Of a stretch of DNA of 64,000 nucleotides, positions 19,137 to 28,373 are shown in pieces (the stretch's first letter is position 1; each line of letters opens with the position of its first letter). A program made the translations under genes and the position numbers. The notes under the pieces were generated by a model. It was not told the DNA's origin. It was given only the letters and a program-made list of their open reading frames with translations, and ran no database searches. Where the stretch lies: the NCBI GenBank assembly GCA_045631245.1, contig JAZQUJ010000157.1, positions 1,207 through 65,206 of the forward strand. Reading direction: 5' to 3'. Origin of the DNA: Bianqueaceae bacterium (GTDB taxonomy: Bacteria > Bacillota > Clostridia > Lachnospirales > Bianqueaceae).

Positions 19137-21296
19137 ATGCGAATCATTAAAAGAAACGGTTCGGAAGTTGATTTTGATATTACCAAGATTATAACTGCGA
19201 TTCAAAAGGCCAACAGCAAAATTGAGGAAGCGGCCAGACTGACGGCCCTTCAGATCAGCCGCATCGCCGAGAGCGTGGTGCTGCGCTGCGAAAAGTTGGG
19301 ACGTTCCCCCAGCGTGGAAGAAGTTCAGGACATGGTAGAGCAGCAGATCATGGCTCACGGTGCTTTTGAAGTGGCAAAGGAATACATTACATATCGTTAT
19401 ACCCGCCAGTTGGTGCGTCAGTCTAACCCCACCGACGACAAGATCCTGAGCCTCATCGAGTGCAACAACGAGGAGGCCAAGCAGGAAAATTCTAACAAGA
19501 ACCCTGTGGTAAACTCCACCCAGCGTGACTACATGGCTGGTGAAGTGTCCCGCGACATTTCCAACCGAATCCTGTTGCCCAAGGAGATCGTGGATGCCCA
19601 CAACGAGGGTATCATCCATTTCCATGACACCGATTATTATGCCCAGCATATGCATAACTGCGATCTGGTCAATCTGGAGGATATGCTGCACCACCCTACC
19701 GTAATTACCGGTACGCTGATCGAGCGTCCTCACAGCTTTTCCACCGCTTGTAATATCGCCACCCAGATCATTGCTCAGGTGGCTTCCAACCAGTACGGTG
19801 GTCAGTCCATTTCTTTGGCGCATCTGGCTCCCTTTGTACAGGTAAGCCGTGAGAAGATCCATCGTGATCTGGAGCGTGAGACCAACAAGATCGGTCTGTC
19901 CCTGAGTCAGGAGGATCTGGAGAAGCTCACCGAGGTGCGTCTGCGTGAAGAAGTGCGCAAGGGCGTGCAGACCATTCAGTATCAGGTGGTAACTCTGTTG
20001 ACCACCAACGGTCAGGCTCCCTTCGTGACTGTATTCATGTACCTGAACGAGGCCAAGAGCCGACAGGAAAAGAAAGACCTGGCCATGATCATCGAGGAAG
20101 TGCTGCTGCAGCGTCATCAGGGCGTTAAAAATGAGCAGGGCGTATGGGTAACGCCCGCCTTCCCCAAGCTGATCTATGTGTTGGAAGAAGATAACATCCA
20201 TGAGGATTCGCCTTATTATTACTTGACCAAGCTGGCGGCTCAGTGTACCGCTAAGCGTCTGGTTCCCGACTATATTTCCGAAAAGAAGATGAAAGAACTG
20301 AAAGAGGGCAACTGCTTCCCGGTTATGGGCTGCCGCAGTGCGCTGTCACCTTGGAAGAACGAAAAGGGTGAGTATCAGTTCTACGGCCGTTTCAATCAGG
20401 GCGTTGTAACCATCAATCTGGTGGATGTGGCCCTTTCTTCCGGCGGAAACTTCGATAAATTCTGGAAGATCTTCGATGAGCGTTTGGCTCTGTGCTACCG
20501 CGCTTTGATGTGCCGTCATGAGCGTTTGAAGGGCACTTTGTCCGATGCCGCTCCCATCCTGTGGCAGTACGGTGCCTGCGCCCGTCTGGCCAAGGGTGAG
20601 CCCATCGATAAGCTGCTGTTTGGCGGCTATTCCACCATCTCCCTGGGTTATGCCGGCCTGTGCGAATGTGTACGCTACATGACCGGAAAGTCCCATACCG
20701 ATCCTTCGGCCACTCCCTTCGCTTTGGATGTAATGAAACACATGAACAAAGCCTGTGACCGCTGGAAAGCAGAAACCACCATCGGCTTCGGTATTTACGG
20801 AACTCCTCTGGAGTCTACCACCTATAAATTTGCCAAGACCCTGCAGCGCCGTTTCGGTATTATTGAGGGCGTGACCGATAAGGGTTACATCACCAACAGC
20901 TACCACGTACACGTGACCGAGCCCATCGACGCCTTTGAAAAGCTGGCCTTTGAATCCCAGTTCCAGGCTCTGTCCACCGGCGGTGCCATCAGCTATGTGG
21001 AAGTGCCCAACATGCAGAACAACATCGAGGCCGTGCTCTCCGTTATGAAGTTTATTTACGAGAACATCATGTACGCCGAGCTGAACACCAAGAGCGACTA
21101 CTGCCAGTGCTGCGGCTGGGACGGTGAGATCGTGATCGAAGAGAAGGACGGCAAGCTGGTGTGGACCTGCCCGCGCTGCGGAAATCAGGACCAGGACAAA
21201 ATGAATGTTGCCAGACGTACCTGCGGATACATCGGCACCCAGTACTGGAACCAGGGTCGAACACAAGAGATCAAAGAAAGAGTAATGCATCTATAA
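19137..21296 (+). CDS. nrdD: anaerobic ribonucleoside-triphosphate reductase
   Basis: N-terminal ATP-cone (MRIIKRNGSEVDFDITKI). C-terminal Zn ribbon (CQCCG...CPRCG) and glycyl-radical motif RRTCGYIG. Confidence 0.95.
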   Translation: MRIIKRNGSEVDFDITKIITAIQKANSKIEEAARLTALQISRIAESVVLRCEKLGRSPSVEEVQDMVEQQIMAHGAFEVAKEYITYRYTRQLVRQSNPTDDKILSLIECNNEEAKQENSNKNPVVNSTQRDYMAGEVSRDISNRILLPKEIVDAHNEGIIHFHDTDYYAQHMHNCDLVNLEDMLHHPTVITGTLIERPHSFSTACNIATQIIAQVASNQYGGQSISLAHLAPFVQVSREKIHRDLERETNKIGLSLSQEDLEKLTEVRLREEVRKGVQTIQYQVVTLLTTNGQAPFVTVFMYLNEAKSRQEKKDLAMIIEEVLLQRHQGVKNEQGVWVTPAFPKLIYVLEEDNIHEDSPYYYLTKLAAQCTAKRLVPDYISEKKMKELKEGNCFPVMGCRSALSPWKNEKGEYQFYGRFNQGVVTINLVDVALSSGGNFDKFWKIFDERLALCYRALMCRHERLKGTLSDAAPILWQYGACARLAKGEPIDKLLFGGYSTISLGYAGLCECVRYMTGKSHTDPSATPFALDVMKHMNKACDRWKAETTIGFGIYGTPLESTTYKFAKTLQRRFGIIEGVTDKGYITNSYHVHVTEPIDAFEKLAFESQFQALSTGGAISYVEVPNMQNNIEAVLSVMKFIYENIMYAELNTKSDYCQCCGWDGEIVIEEKDGKLVWTCPRCGNQDQDKMNVARRTCGYIGTQYWNQGRTQEIKERVMHL

Positions 21297-21384
21297 AAAG
21301 TACGCCAAAGGCGAACTTAAGCAGGAAGCGAAGCCGACAATGGCTTCGCTTCTGTATTCAGTTAACATATGGGGAGAATATGAA

Positions 21385-21906
21385 ATGTACTATGGAAATA
21401 TAAAAAACTGTGATATTGCCAACGGCATTGGTGTGCGGGTGACCCTGTTCGTGTCAGGCTGCACCAACCGCTGCCCTCACTGTTTCCAGCCGGAGACCTG
21501 GGATTTTTGCTATGGTCAGCCGTTTACAGCTGAGACGGAGGACAAGCTTTTGAAAATGCTGGAGCCGGCATATATCGATGGCTTGACCCTGCTTGGCGGC
21601 GAGCCCTTTGAGCCGGAAAACCAGCGAGCCCTGCTGCCGTTTGTGAAACGTGTACGGGAAAAGCTGCCTCGTAAAACCATTTGGGCCTATTCTGGCTTTA
21701 CGTTGGATGAGATGAAAACGCCTGGCACCCATGTACGCTGCGAGGTCACCGACGAATTGTTGGAGCAGCTGGATGTGTTGGTGGACGGCCGATTTGTGGA
21801 AGAACTAAAGGACATTTCTTTGTTGTTTCGCGGTTCGTCGAATCAGCGACTCATCGATATGAAAAAGACCTTGGCCGAAGGCCGGGTCGTGATTTGGAAA
21901 AACTAA
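21385..21906 (+). CDS. nrdG: anaerobic ribonucleotide reductase activating protein (radical SAM)
   Basis: CTNRCPHCF cluster motif. Start at ATG 21385 after GGGGAG. Confidence 0.9.
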   Translation: MYYGNIKNCDIANGIGVRVTLFVSGCTNRCPHCFQPETWDFCYGQPFTAETEDKLLKMLEPAYIDGLTLLGGEPFEPENQRALLPFVKRVREKLPRKTIWAYSGFTLDEMKTPGTHVRCEVTDELLEQLDVLVDGRFVEELKDISLLFRGSSNQRLIDMKKTLAEGRVVIWKN

Positions 21907-21960
21907 AAAGCTTCTGATTTCAATGCTACAGTGACATGCATTTGAAATCAGAAGCTTTTT
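21905..21960. terminator. bidirectional terminator between nrdG and the convergent transporter gene
   Basis: 19-bp stem AAAAAGCTTCTGATTTCAA / TTGAAATCAGAAGCTTTTT. Confidence 0.8.
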
Positions 21961-21965
21961 CTTGT

Positions 21966-23684
21966 TTACAGTGAATACTTAGCCGCAAACTCAGCGTGGG
22001 TCTGCTTGTAGTAGGAGCTTTCCTCGTAGTCATCAAGATAGTGGTGCAGATCTAGTGCGTCGTGACGCATTTCGATCATGGCGGAGGCGATGTTGGAACA
22101 GTGGTCGGCCACACGCTCCATGTTGGTGAGAATGTCCAGCAGCACAATACCGGCATCGATGGTGCACTTACCCTGTTTCAAGCGCTCAATGTGCTGATTC
22201 CGGATCGCCTCGGTCATCTCATCTACCACCTGCTCCAGGGGCTCGATGCGCTTGGCCAGAGACAGGTCATCGTTGTCGAGAGCAGCCACTGTCATGGACA
22301 GGATCTCCTCGGTGGCGGCGTACAACGTATCGAGCTGAGTACGGGCAATTTCGGAAAAAGCAGGCTGGCGCTCCAGCGGATATACAATGTTAGCAGCGTG
22401 GTCGCCAATACGCTCCAGATCGCTGATGGAGTGCAGCAGCTGTGAAACCTGACGGCTATCGGCCAAGGTCAGCTCGCGCTGGGACAGACGCACCAGATAG
22501 GTACCCAGCTTATCTTCATAGGTATCCAGCTGATCCTCCTGGGCGGCCACCTCCTGTACCACGGCAGGATCGTAATGAGTGGTCAAGGAAATGGCCTTCA
22601 TTAAAGTATCCTTTGCCAGGTGCGCCATCTGCTGAGTCAGCTCGTGACTACGGGCAACAGCCACACCGGGAGTGGTAAACAAACGCTCATCCAGCAGTTC
22701 CACCTTCTGTTCCTGATGGTCATCGCGGATGGTCAGGTACGCCAGCTTCTCCAGACCCTTGGTGAAGGGCAGCATCACAGCGGTGGCCAGCACGTTAAAG
22801 CAGGTGTGGATCACAGCAATGCCCATGGCATCGATCTGACTGCCTACAAAAGTGAAATCCAAAACTGCATTCAGCACGTAGAACAAGGTCAAAAATACCA
22901 GCACACCAATGATATTAAAATACAGATGCACCATAGCCGCACGGCGGGCATTCTTATTGGCGCCAATGGAAGACAGCATCGCCGTCACACAGGTACCAAT
23001 GTTCTGACCCATGATGATGGGCAGAGCATTGCCGTAGGTAATGGCACCGGTCACAGACAGAGCCTGCAAAATACCAACGGAAGCGGAAGAACTCTGAATG
23101 ATAGCCGTCAGCAGGGCGCCCATCAGCACACCCAGGATCGGGTTACTGAACACCGTCAGCATCTGGGTGAACTCAGGTACATTCGCCAAAGGCTTGACAG
23201 CGGCGGACATGGCATCCATACCAAACATCAGCACCGCAAAGCCCAGCAGGATGGTGCCGATGTCTTCTTTTTTCTTCGTCATGCGCATGATAATACCGAT
23301 CAGCGCCAAAATAGGAGTAAAGGAAGTGGGCTTCAGCAGCTGAACCAAAATGCTGCTCCCCTCAATACCGGTCAAACTCAGCAGCCAGGAAGTCACCGTG
23401 GTACCCACGTTGGCACCCATGATGATGCCGATCGCCTGTCTCAGCTGCATAATACCGGAGTTAACAAACCCAACCACCATAACCGTAGTGGCGGAAGAAC
23501 TCTGAATGATCGCCGTAACCGCCGCGCCCAATAAAAATCCCTTGAAAGGATTCGCGGTCAGCTTCGCCAAAATGCTCTGCAATTTACCACCGGCCTGCTT
23601 CTCCAGCGACTTACCCATAACATCCATACCGTACAGGAAAAGCGCAAGGCCGCCCACGAGCTTCAAAACCTCAAAAATCGTCAT
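21966..23684 (-). CDS. Na/Pi cotransporter family protein with C-terminal PhoU-like repeats
   Basis: MTIFEVLKLVGGLALFLYGMDVMG is a typical N-terminus for this family. The protein is polytopic and has two helical PhoU-like repeats at the C-terminus. Start at ATG 23684 after GAGGAG. Confidence 0.8.
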   Translation of the reverse strand: MTIFEVLKLVGGLALFLYGMDVMGKSLEKQAGGKLQSILAKLTANPFKGFLLGAAVTAIIQSSSATTVMVVGFVNSGIMQLRQAIGIIMGANVGTTVTSWLLSLTGIEGSSILVQLLKPTSFTPILALIGIIMRMTKKKEDIGTILLGFAVLMFGMDAMSAAVKPLANVPEFTQMLTVFSNPILGVLMGALLTAIIQSSSASVGILQALSVTGAITYGNALPIIMGQNIGTCVTAMLSSIGANKNARRAAMVHLYFNIIGVLVFLTLFYVLNAVLDFTFVGSQIDAMGIAVIHTCFNVLATAVMLPFTKGLEKLAYLTIRDDHQEQKVELLDERLFTTPGVAVARSHELTQQMAHLAKDTLMKAISLTTHYDPAVVQEVAAQEDQLDTYEDKLGTYLVRLSQRELTLADSRQVSQLLHSISDLERIGDHAANIVYPLERQPAFSEIARTQLDTLYAATEEILSMTVAALDNDDLSLAKRIEPLEQVVDEMTEAIRNQHIERLKQGKCTIDAGIVLLDILTNMERVADHCSNIASAMIEMRHDALDLHHYLDDYEESSYYKQTHAEFAAKYSL

Positions 23685-23740
23685 AACTGATCTCCTCATA
23701 AACTCTTTTTATGTCAAACAAAAACCATCATATACGATCC

Positions 23741-23783
23741 ACGTTAAATCCAAAACCGTGCAATGTTAAATCTACGTTAAGTC
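23741..23783. promoter_or_regulatory. direct repeats GTTAA(A/G)TC at 22- and 11-bp spacing (possible Pho-box-like response-regulator sites)
   Basis: acGTTAAATC, atGTTAAATC and acGTTAAGTC lie in the divergent region between the Na/Pi gene and the two-component operon. Confidence 0.35.
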
Positions 23784-23921
23784 TGCCCAGTTTACCCACA
23801 TTTAACTTGCGAAAAGAAGGATTCCTCCGTATACTTAAAAAGGAAGGACGCCGCAGGCGTCAAATCGGGCGAGGCTGAGTACCTTGCCAAAGCGATCGTG
23901 TATTCATAAAAGGAGTCAGGA

Positions 23922-24599
23922 ATGATCTATTATTTAGAAGATGACGACAGTATTCGCGAACTGGTCATATATACCCTTACCCATAGCAATTTAGAGGCCA
24001 AGGGCTTTGCCCACCCACGGGATTTCTGGCGGGCCATGGAAGAGCAGAAGCCTTCCTTATTATTACTGGATATCATGCTGCCCGGTGAAGACGGGCTGCA
24101 GATCTTACAGAAGCTGAGAGGGAGCAGCAGTACCAAGCGGCTGCCGGTGATCTTGATCACCGCCAAGGGCTCCGAATATGACAAGGTTCGGGGATTGGAT
24201 ATTGGTGCTGACGATTATATCGCCAAACCCTTTGGCATGATGGAACTGGTGGCCCGCATTAAAGCCATGCTGCGACGAACCGGTGAAGATGCCGACCAGT
24301 CCTCTTTTCATCTGGGCTGCCTCAGTGTATGTCCCGGCAGACATGAAGTTAAGGTGGAGGGTGAACCCGTCACTTTGACCTACAAAGAATTTGAACTCTT
24401 GTGTTTACTTTTCAAACATCAGGGCCTCGTCCTTACTCGCGATCAGATTCTGACAAGGATCTGGGGCTACGAGTTTGACGGCGAAAGCCGTACGGTGGAT
24501 GTGCATATTCGCACGCTGCGGCAGAAGCTGGGCGCGGCGGGGGATTACATCGAGACCGTGCGGGGCGTGGGTTATAAGATGGGTGCGCCGGTGGCGTAA
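23922..24599 (+). CDS. OmpR/PhoB-family response regulator
   Basis: Receiver domain (LLLLDIMLPGEDG) plus a winged-helix C-terminus (TVRGVGYK). Confidence 0.9.
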   Translation: MIYYLEDDDSIRELVIYTLTHSNLEAKGFAHPRDFWRAMEEQKPSLLLLDIMLPGEDGLQILQKLRGSSSTKRLPVILITAKGSEYDKVRGLDIGADDYIAKPFGMMELVARIKAMLRRTGEDADQSSFHLGCLSVCPGRHEVKVEGEPVTLTYKEFELLCLLFKHQGLVLTRDQILTRIWGYEFDGESRTVDVHIRTLRQKLGAAGDYIETVRGVGYKMGAPVA

Positions 24600-24614
24600 G
24601 GCAGGTAAGAGGCG

Positions 24615-25949
24615 ATGAGAAAACGTATTTTTCGTAATGTGCTGGCGGTGGCGCTGGCGGTGCTGGTGGTGAGCTCGGCGCTGATCGTGAAGATCATGTA
24701 TGATTTTATTACCGAACGTAGCCGCGATGAGCTGGTGACGGAGGCGCTGTTTATTACGGCGGGCGTGGAAGGCGGCGGTCTGGCGTATTTGGATGCGGTG
24801 GAGACCGATAAGACATCGCGTATTACCTGGATCGCGGCGGATGGTACGGTGCTGTTTGACAGTCAGAGCGATGCGGCGGCCATGGAGAATCACGTGGATC
24901 GTGAAGAGGTGGCGGAAGCTTTGGAGCTTGGCGAAGGTTTCAGCGAGCGATATTCCACCACGCTTTCCCAGACGACGTATTATTATGCGCGCATGCTGCC
25001 CGATGGAACGGTGCTGCGCGTATCCAGCACGGAAAGCTCGATCTTTTCTATGCTGTTCGAACTGATTTGGCCGCTGATCACGGTGATCGCGGGCTTGGTG
25101 GTGGGTACCTTTTTGCTAGCGAAGCACAGTGCCCGTAAGATCGTGAAGCCCATCAACGAGCTGGATCTGGAGCATCCGGAGCAGAATGAGACCTATAAGG
25201 AGGTCCGTCCCCTGCTGCATCGTTTGGAGAAACAGTATGAGCGGATCGCCGAGGAGGTGGAGGCGCGGGAGGCGTTGCGCCGGGAGTTTTCAGCCAACGT
25301 GTCCCACGAGCTGAAAACGCCGCTCACGTCGATTTCCGGCATTGCGGAGATCATGCAGAGCGGCATGGTGGGCGCGGAGGATGTGCCCCATTTTGCCGGT
25401 AATATTTATAAAGAAAGCCAGCGGCTGATCGCGCTGGTGGGTGATATTATGAAGATCTCCCAGCTGGATGAGAATCAGGTGCAGCTGGAGGAGGAACCGG
25501 TGGATCTGGCGCAGGTGGCGGCAGAGGAGCTGGAGCGGGCTCGGTATGCGGCGGAGCAGCGGGCGATTCAGCTGCGGCTGCAGGTGCCCAGAGAAGGCGG
25601 CAGACAGCCGGTGGTGACCGGTGTGCGGCAGATTTTACAGGAGATGGTGTTTAATCTGATCGACAATGCCATTAAGTATAACCGCGATGGCGGCACCGTG
25701 ATCGTGGAGGCTGGATATCAGGGCGGACGCATCGTGCTGAGCGTGGCGGATACGGGCATCGGGATTCCCGAAGAGGATCAGGACCGAGTGTTTGAACGCT
25801 TTTACCGGGTGGATAAAAGTCATTCTAAAGCCATCGGCGGTACGGGTCTGGGCCTTTCCATTGTGAAGCACGGCGCGTTGTATCATAAGGCGGCGGTGGA
25901 ACTGGAAAGCAAGGTCGGAAGCGGCACGAAGGTGACGATACGGTTTTAA
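24615..25949 (+). CDS. PhoR-like sensor histidine kinase
   Basis: Two TM segments, H-box FSANVSHELKTPLTSI, N-box LIDNAIKY and G-box GGTGLGLSIV. Confidence 0.9.
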   Translation: MRKRIFRNVLAVALAVLVVSSALIVKIMYDFITERSRDELVTEALFITAGVEGGGLAYLDAVETDKTSRITWIAADGTVLFDSQSDAAAMENHVDREEVAEALELGEGFSERYSTTLSQTTYYYARMLPDGTVLRVSSTESSIFSMLFELIWPLITVIAGLVVGTFLLAKHSARKIVKPINELDLEHPEQNETYKEVRPLLHRLEKQYERIAEEVEAREALRREFSANVSHELKTPLTSISGIAEIMQSGMVGAEDVPHFAGNIYKESQRLIALVGDIMKISQLDENQVQLEEEPVDLAQVAAEELERARYAAEQRAIQLRLQVPREGGRQPVVTGVRQILQEMVFNLIDNAIKYNRDGGTVIVEAGYQGGRIVLSVADTGIGIPEEDQDRVFERFYRVDKSHSKAIGGTGLGLSIVKHGALYHKAAVELESKVGSGTKVTIRF

Positions 25950-25992
25950 TTTAGATTTTAACTCAGGTTATAAGTTAGGTTTAATAATACAA

Positions 25993-26039
25993 AAAGCGCT
26001 TTTGCAATGCTGTGGTAGGCATTACAAAAGCGCTCTTTT
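25993..26039 (+). terminator. rho-independent terminator
   Basis: Long stem AAAGCGCTTTTGCAATGC / GCATTACAAAAGCGCTCTT followed by TTT. Confidence 0.7.
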
Positions 26040-26123
26040 ACTGGTAAAAGATTATCGTGAAAGTATCTTACTTGTTTTGAAGAACCGAAGGTTCTTTAAA
26101 AAGATTGGCGTAGCCAATCTTTT

Positions 26124-27236
26124 TTACTGCTGGCCGCCGTTCCAGGGCTGCTGATTCTGCTGGGGAGCCTGCGGCTGCTGATACTGCTGAGGCTGACCGT
26201 ACTGAGGAGCCTGGCCGTAGGGCTGACCCTGAGGCTGCTGATACTGCTGAGGCTGACCATACTGAGGAGCCTGGCCATAGGGCTGACCCTGAGGCTGCTG
26301 GTACTGCTGAGGCTGCTCATACTGGGGCTGTACGGGAGGTACGGAACCAGTGTTGTAGTTCTCGTAAGCACCGGTATTATAGTAAGCATCGGTTTGATTC
26401 ATGGAGTGATCCACAACGATCTGGTTCAATCTGCCGCGCATCTGGATCAGGATGATGGTGATGAGAATATTGAAAGTGATAGTCAGCAGATTCCCTAAGA
26501 AAGTAATGAAGTTGAAAAATACCAAACTACTAATCAGGCCGATCACGCTGAGACCAACAATGATGAAGTTGATCACAATGACAAACATGGAGATCTTCTT
26601 TCCGGCTACGATACCGTTGGCAGCTTTTTTGATCACACGGATGCTGCCGATCAGTTTCGCATAATAAATGATGGCCAGAACCATGAAAAGGATCAGGATT
26701 GCAAAAATCACAAGGAAAGCGGTTCCGGCAATGCCTAAAACAGCTTCTGCGCCGCTATAGCCGTAGAACGACCAGGCATTCGCTTCGCGCACAGCCAAAG
26801 CAGCAACAACCATTAGGACACATATAATTGCCAGACCAAGGGATGCCAGTACTAACATAATGATCTGGAATACATTGATCATGGTGAGACCGCCGGTGGA
26901 TACACGGGGCTTGTTGGATTTGCTGGCACCATAAATCAGCCAAAGACCTAACGCGGTCAAAATGGTAGGAATAGAAGCAATCAGGGCACCAAAGATGCTG
27001 CCGGCGTTCATAGCGGATATGGTTTCGTATACACTGTAATCGTAGGTAAGCTCATAAAGCATATCTGCGTAGGCATACATAGATGAAGGCATAAAAGCAG
27101 AGATCAGGCTCAGCAGAACCGTAACAGTATATGTAATAGTTGCGATCAGGAACAGGGCAGAACCGCCGGTTTTCTTTACAGCTGCCACTGCCGGATTGGC
27201 GGGAGCCATGTTCATATAGGTATTGTATTCGCTCAT
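26124..27236 (-). CDS. polytopic membrane protein with Q/P/Y-rich C-terminal repeats
   Basis: Start at ATG 27236 after GGAGGT. About six hydrophobic helices are followed by 20-aa repeats (QPQQYQQPQGQPYGQAPQYG). Confidence 0.75.
   Translation of the reverse strand: MSEYNTYMNMAPANPAVAAVKKTGGSALFLIATITYTVTVLLSLISAFMPSSMYAYADMLYELTYDYSVYETISAMNAGSIFGALIASIPTILTALGLWLIYGASKSNKPRVSTGGLTMINVFQIIMLVLASLGLAIICVLMVVAALAVREANAWSFYGYSGAEAVLGIAGTAFLVIFAILILFMVLAIIYYAKLIGSIRVIKKAANGIVAGKKISMFVIVINFIIVGLSVIGLISSLVFFNFITFLGNLLTITFNILITIILIQMRGRLNQIVVDHSMNQTDAYYNTGAYENYNTGSVPPVQPQYEQPQQYQQPQGQPYGQAPQYGQPQQYQQPQGQPYGQAPQYGQPQQYQQPQAPQQNQQPWNGGQQ
26175..26330. repeat. 60-bp in-frame tandem repeat (about 2.6 copies) inside the membrane-protein gene
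   Basis: 26175-26234 and 26235-26294 are near-identical. A third, partial copy follows. Confidence 0.85.
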
Positions 27237-27365
27237 AGGGAATACCTCCAAAGTATTAAGTTTTGCAAACGAGTCCGCAGCGAAGCAGCGCCCTCGCCTG
27301 TCAGTTGGTATCATTTTATCACGCAGCGGCAGGACTTGCAACTGCAAAATCGAGTTGAAATCAAG

Positions 27366-27400
27366 AAAAATAAAGGAGAGCGCCGAGCCCTCCTTTTTTG
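27366..27400 (-). terminator. terminator downstream of thrB
   Basis: AAAGGAGAG...CCCTCCTTT hairpin with flanking A/T runs. Confidence 0.55.
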
Positions 27401-27465
27401 TTTATGATATTACTCCGTGGCGATAACTCAGAGTTAGCGCCATCGTGGAACCGTGCATTACGATA

Positions 27466-28356
27466 TTATTCGGTGGCGATAACTCTTGCCCCCTGGAACT
27501 CCACATGCAGGGGAATGATCTCCCAGTTGGCCTGGGTGATGCCCGGCAGCTTTTCGATCAGCTTTGCTTCCAAGGTCTCATCCTGAGTGATACACAGCAA
27601 GGTGGGGCCGGCACCGCTGATGCAGAAACCCGCATCGGTGGTACGGATCAGTGTTTCAATGGCATCGTAATCGGGAATCAAATGTTTACGGTAATCCTGA
27701 TGCAGACGGTCCTTCATGGCGTTGCGCAGCAGCTTGGAATCGCCCAGCTCCAGCGCCTTCAGTACCATAGCACCGTGAGCGATGTTATAAATGGCATCGG
27801 CACGGGTCACCTCGGTGGGCAGGATCGCACGAGCTTTGGCGGTGGAAAGGGTAAAGTCAGGCACCAGCGCCAGGAACTCCCAATCGGGATGCAGCGGGAA
27901 GTTTACCGTTACCGGCAGACCGTTATCCACCATGGAAGCAGTCAAACCACCATGAAAAGCGGGTGCCAAGTTATCGGGATGGCCTTCCATCGCGTTGGTA
28001 ATGTTCAGCAGACCCTGAGTGGACAGCTTATTGCCCATGAGCACGTTGGCACCAATGGCACCGGCCACCAGCAGCGCTGCGGAAGAACCCAAACCACGGC
28101 AGATCGGAATGTGGGCGTCGATGTGGATCTTCACACCGGGCACTTCGCCGGAGAAGGAAGCCAGTACTGCGCAAAATGAGGTATAGGCCAAATTATCAGG
28201 GCCGGTAAACTCCTCGTCGCAGCCGGTGATCTCCAAACCGGAATCCGTCAGCTCAAAGGTTACATCGGTATACAGGCTCAGGGCGCAGCCGAAGGCATCG
28301 AAGCCCGGGCCCAGGTTAGCAGTGGTAGCAGGTACGCGAATGGTTACTTTTTTCAT
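27466..28356 (-). CDS. thrB: homoserine kinase
   Basis: GHMP kinase motif VPATTANLGPGFD and GLGSSAA. Confidence 0.9.
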   Translation of the reverse strand: MKKVTIRVPATTANLGPGFDAFGCALSLYTDVTFELTDSGLEITGCDEEFTGPDNLAYTSFCAVLASFSGEVPGVKIHIDAHIPICRGLGSSAALLVAGAIGANVLMGNKLSTQGLLNITNAMEGHPDNLAPAFHGGLTASMVDNGLPVTVNFPLHPDWEFLALVPDFTLSTAKARAILPTEVTRADAIYNIAHGAMVLKALELGDSKLLRNAMKDRLHQDYRKHLIPDYDAIETLIRTTDAGFCISGAGPTLLCITQDETLEAKLIEKLPGITQANWEIIPLHVEFQGARVIATE

Positions 28357-28373
28357 GATATATTTCCTCGATT

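Noticed and set aside
19098-20201. 367-aa minus-strand ORF, with a similar one at 20346-21290, overlapping nrdD
   Set aside because: These are antisense shadows of a confidently identified gene. The translations are low-complexity and rich in L, G, H and Q, with no RBS or motifs.
23700-23921. Riboswitch or leader RNA in the Na/Pi - two-component intergenic region, and a leader upstream of thrC (29856-29945)
   Set aside because: I could not recognise any conserved riboswitch or T-box core (no specifier/T-box sequence). Only direct repeats and a plausible promoter are reported.
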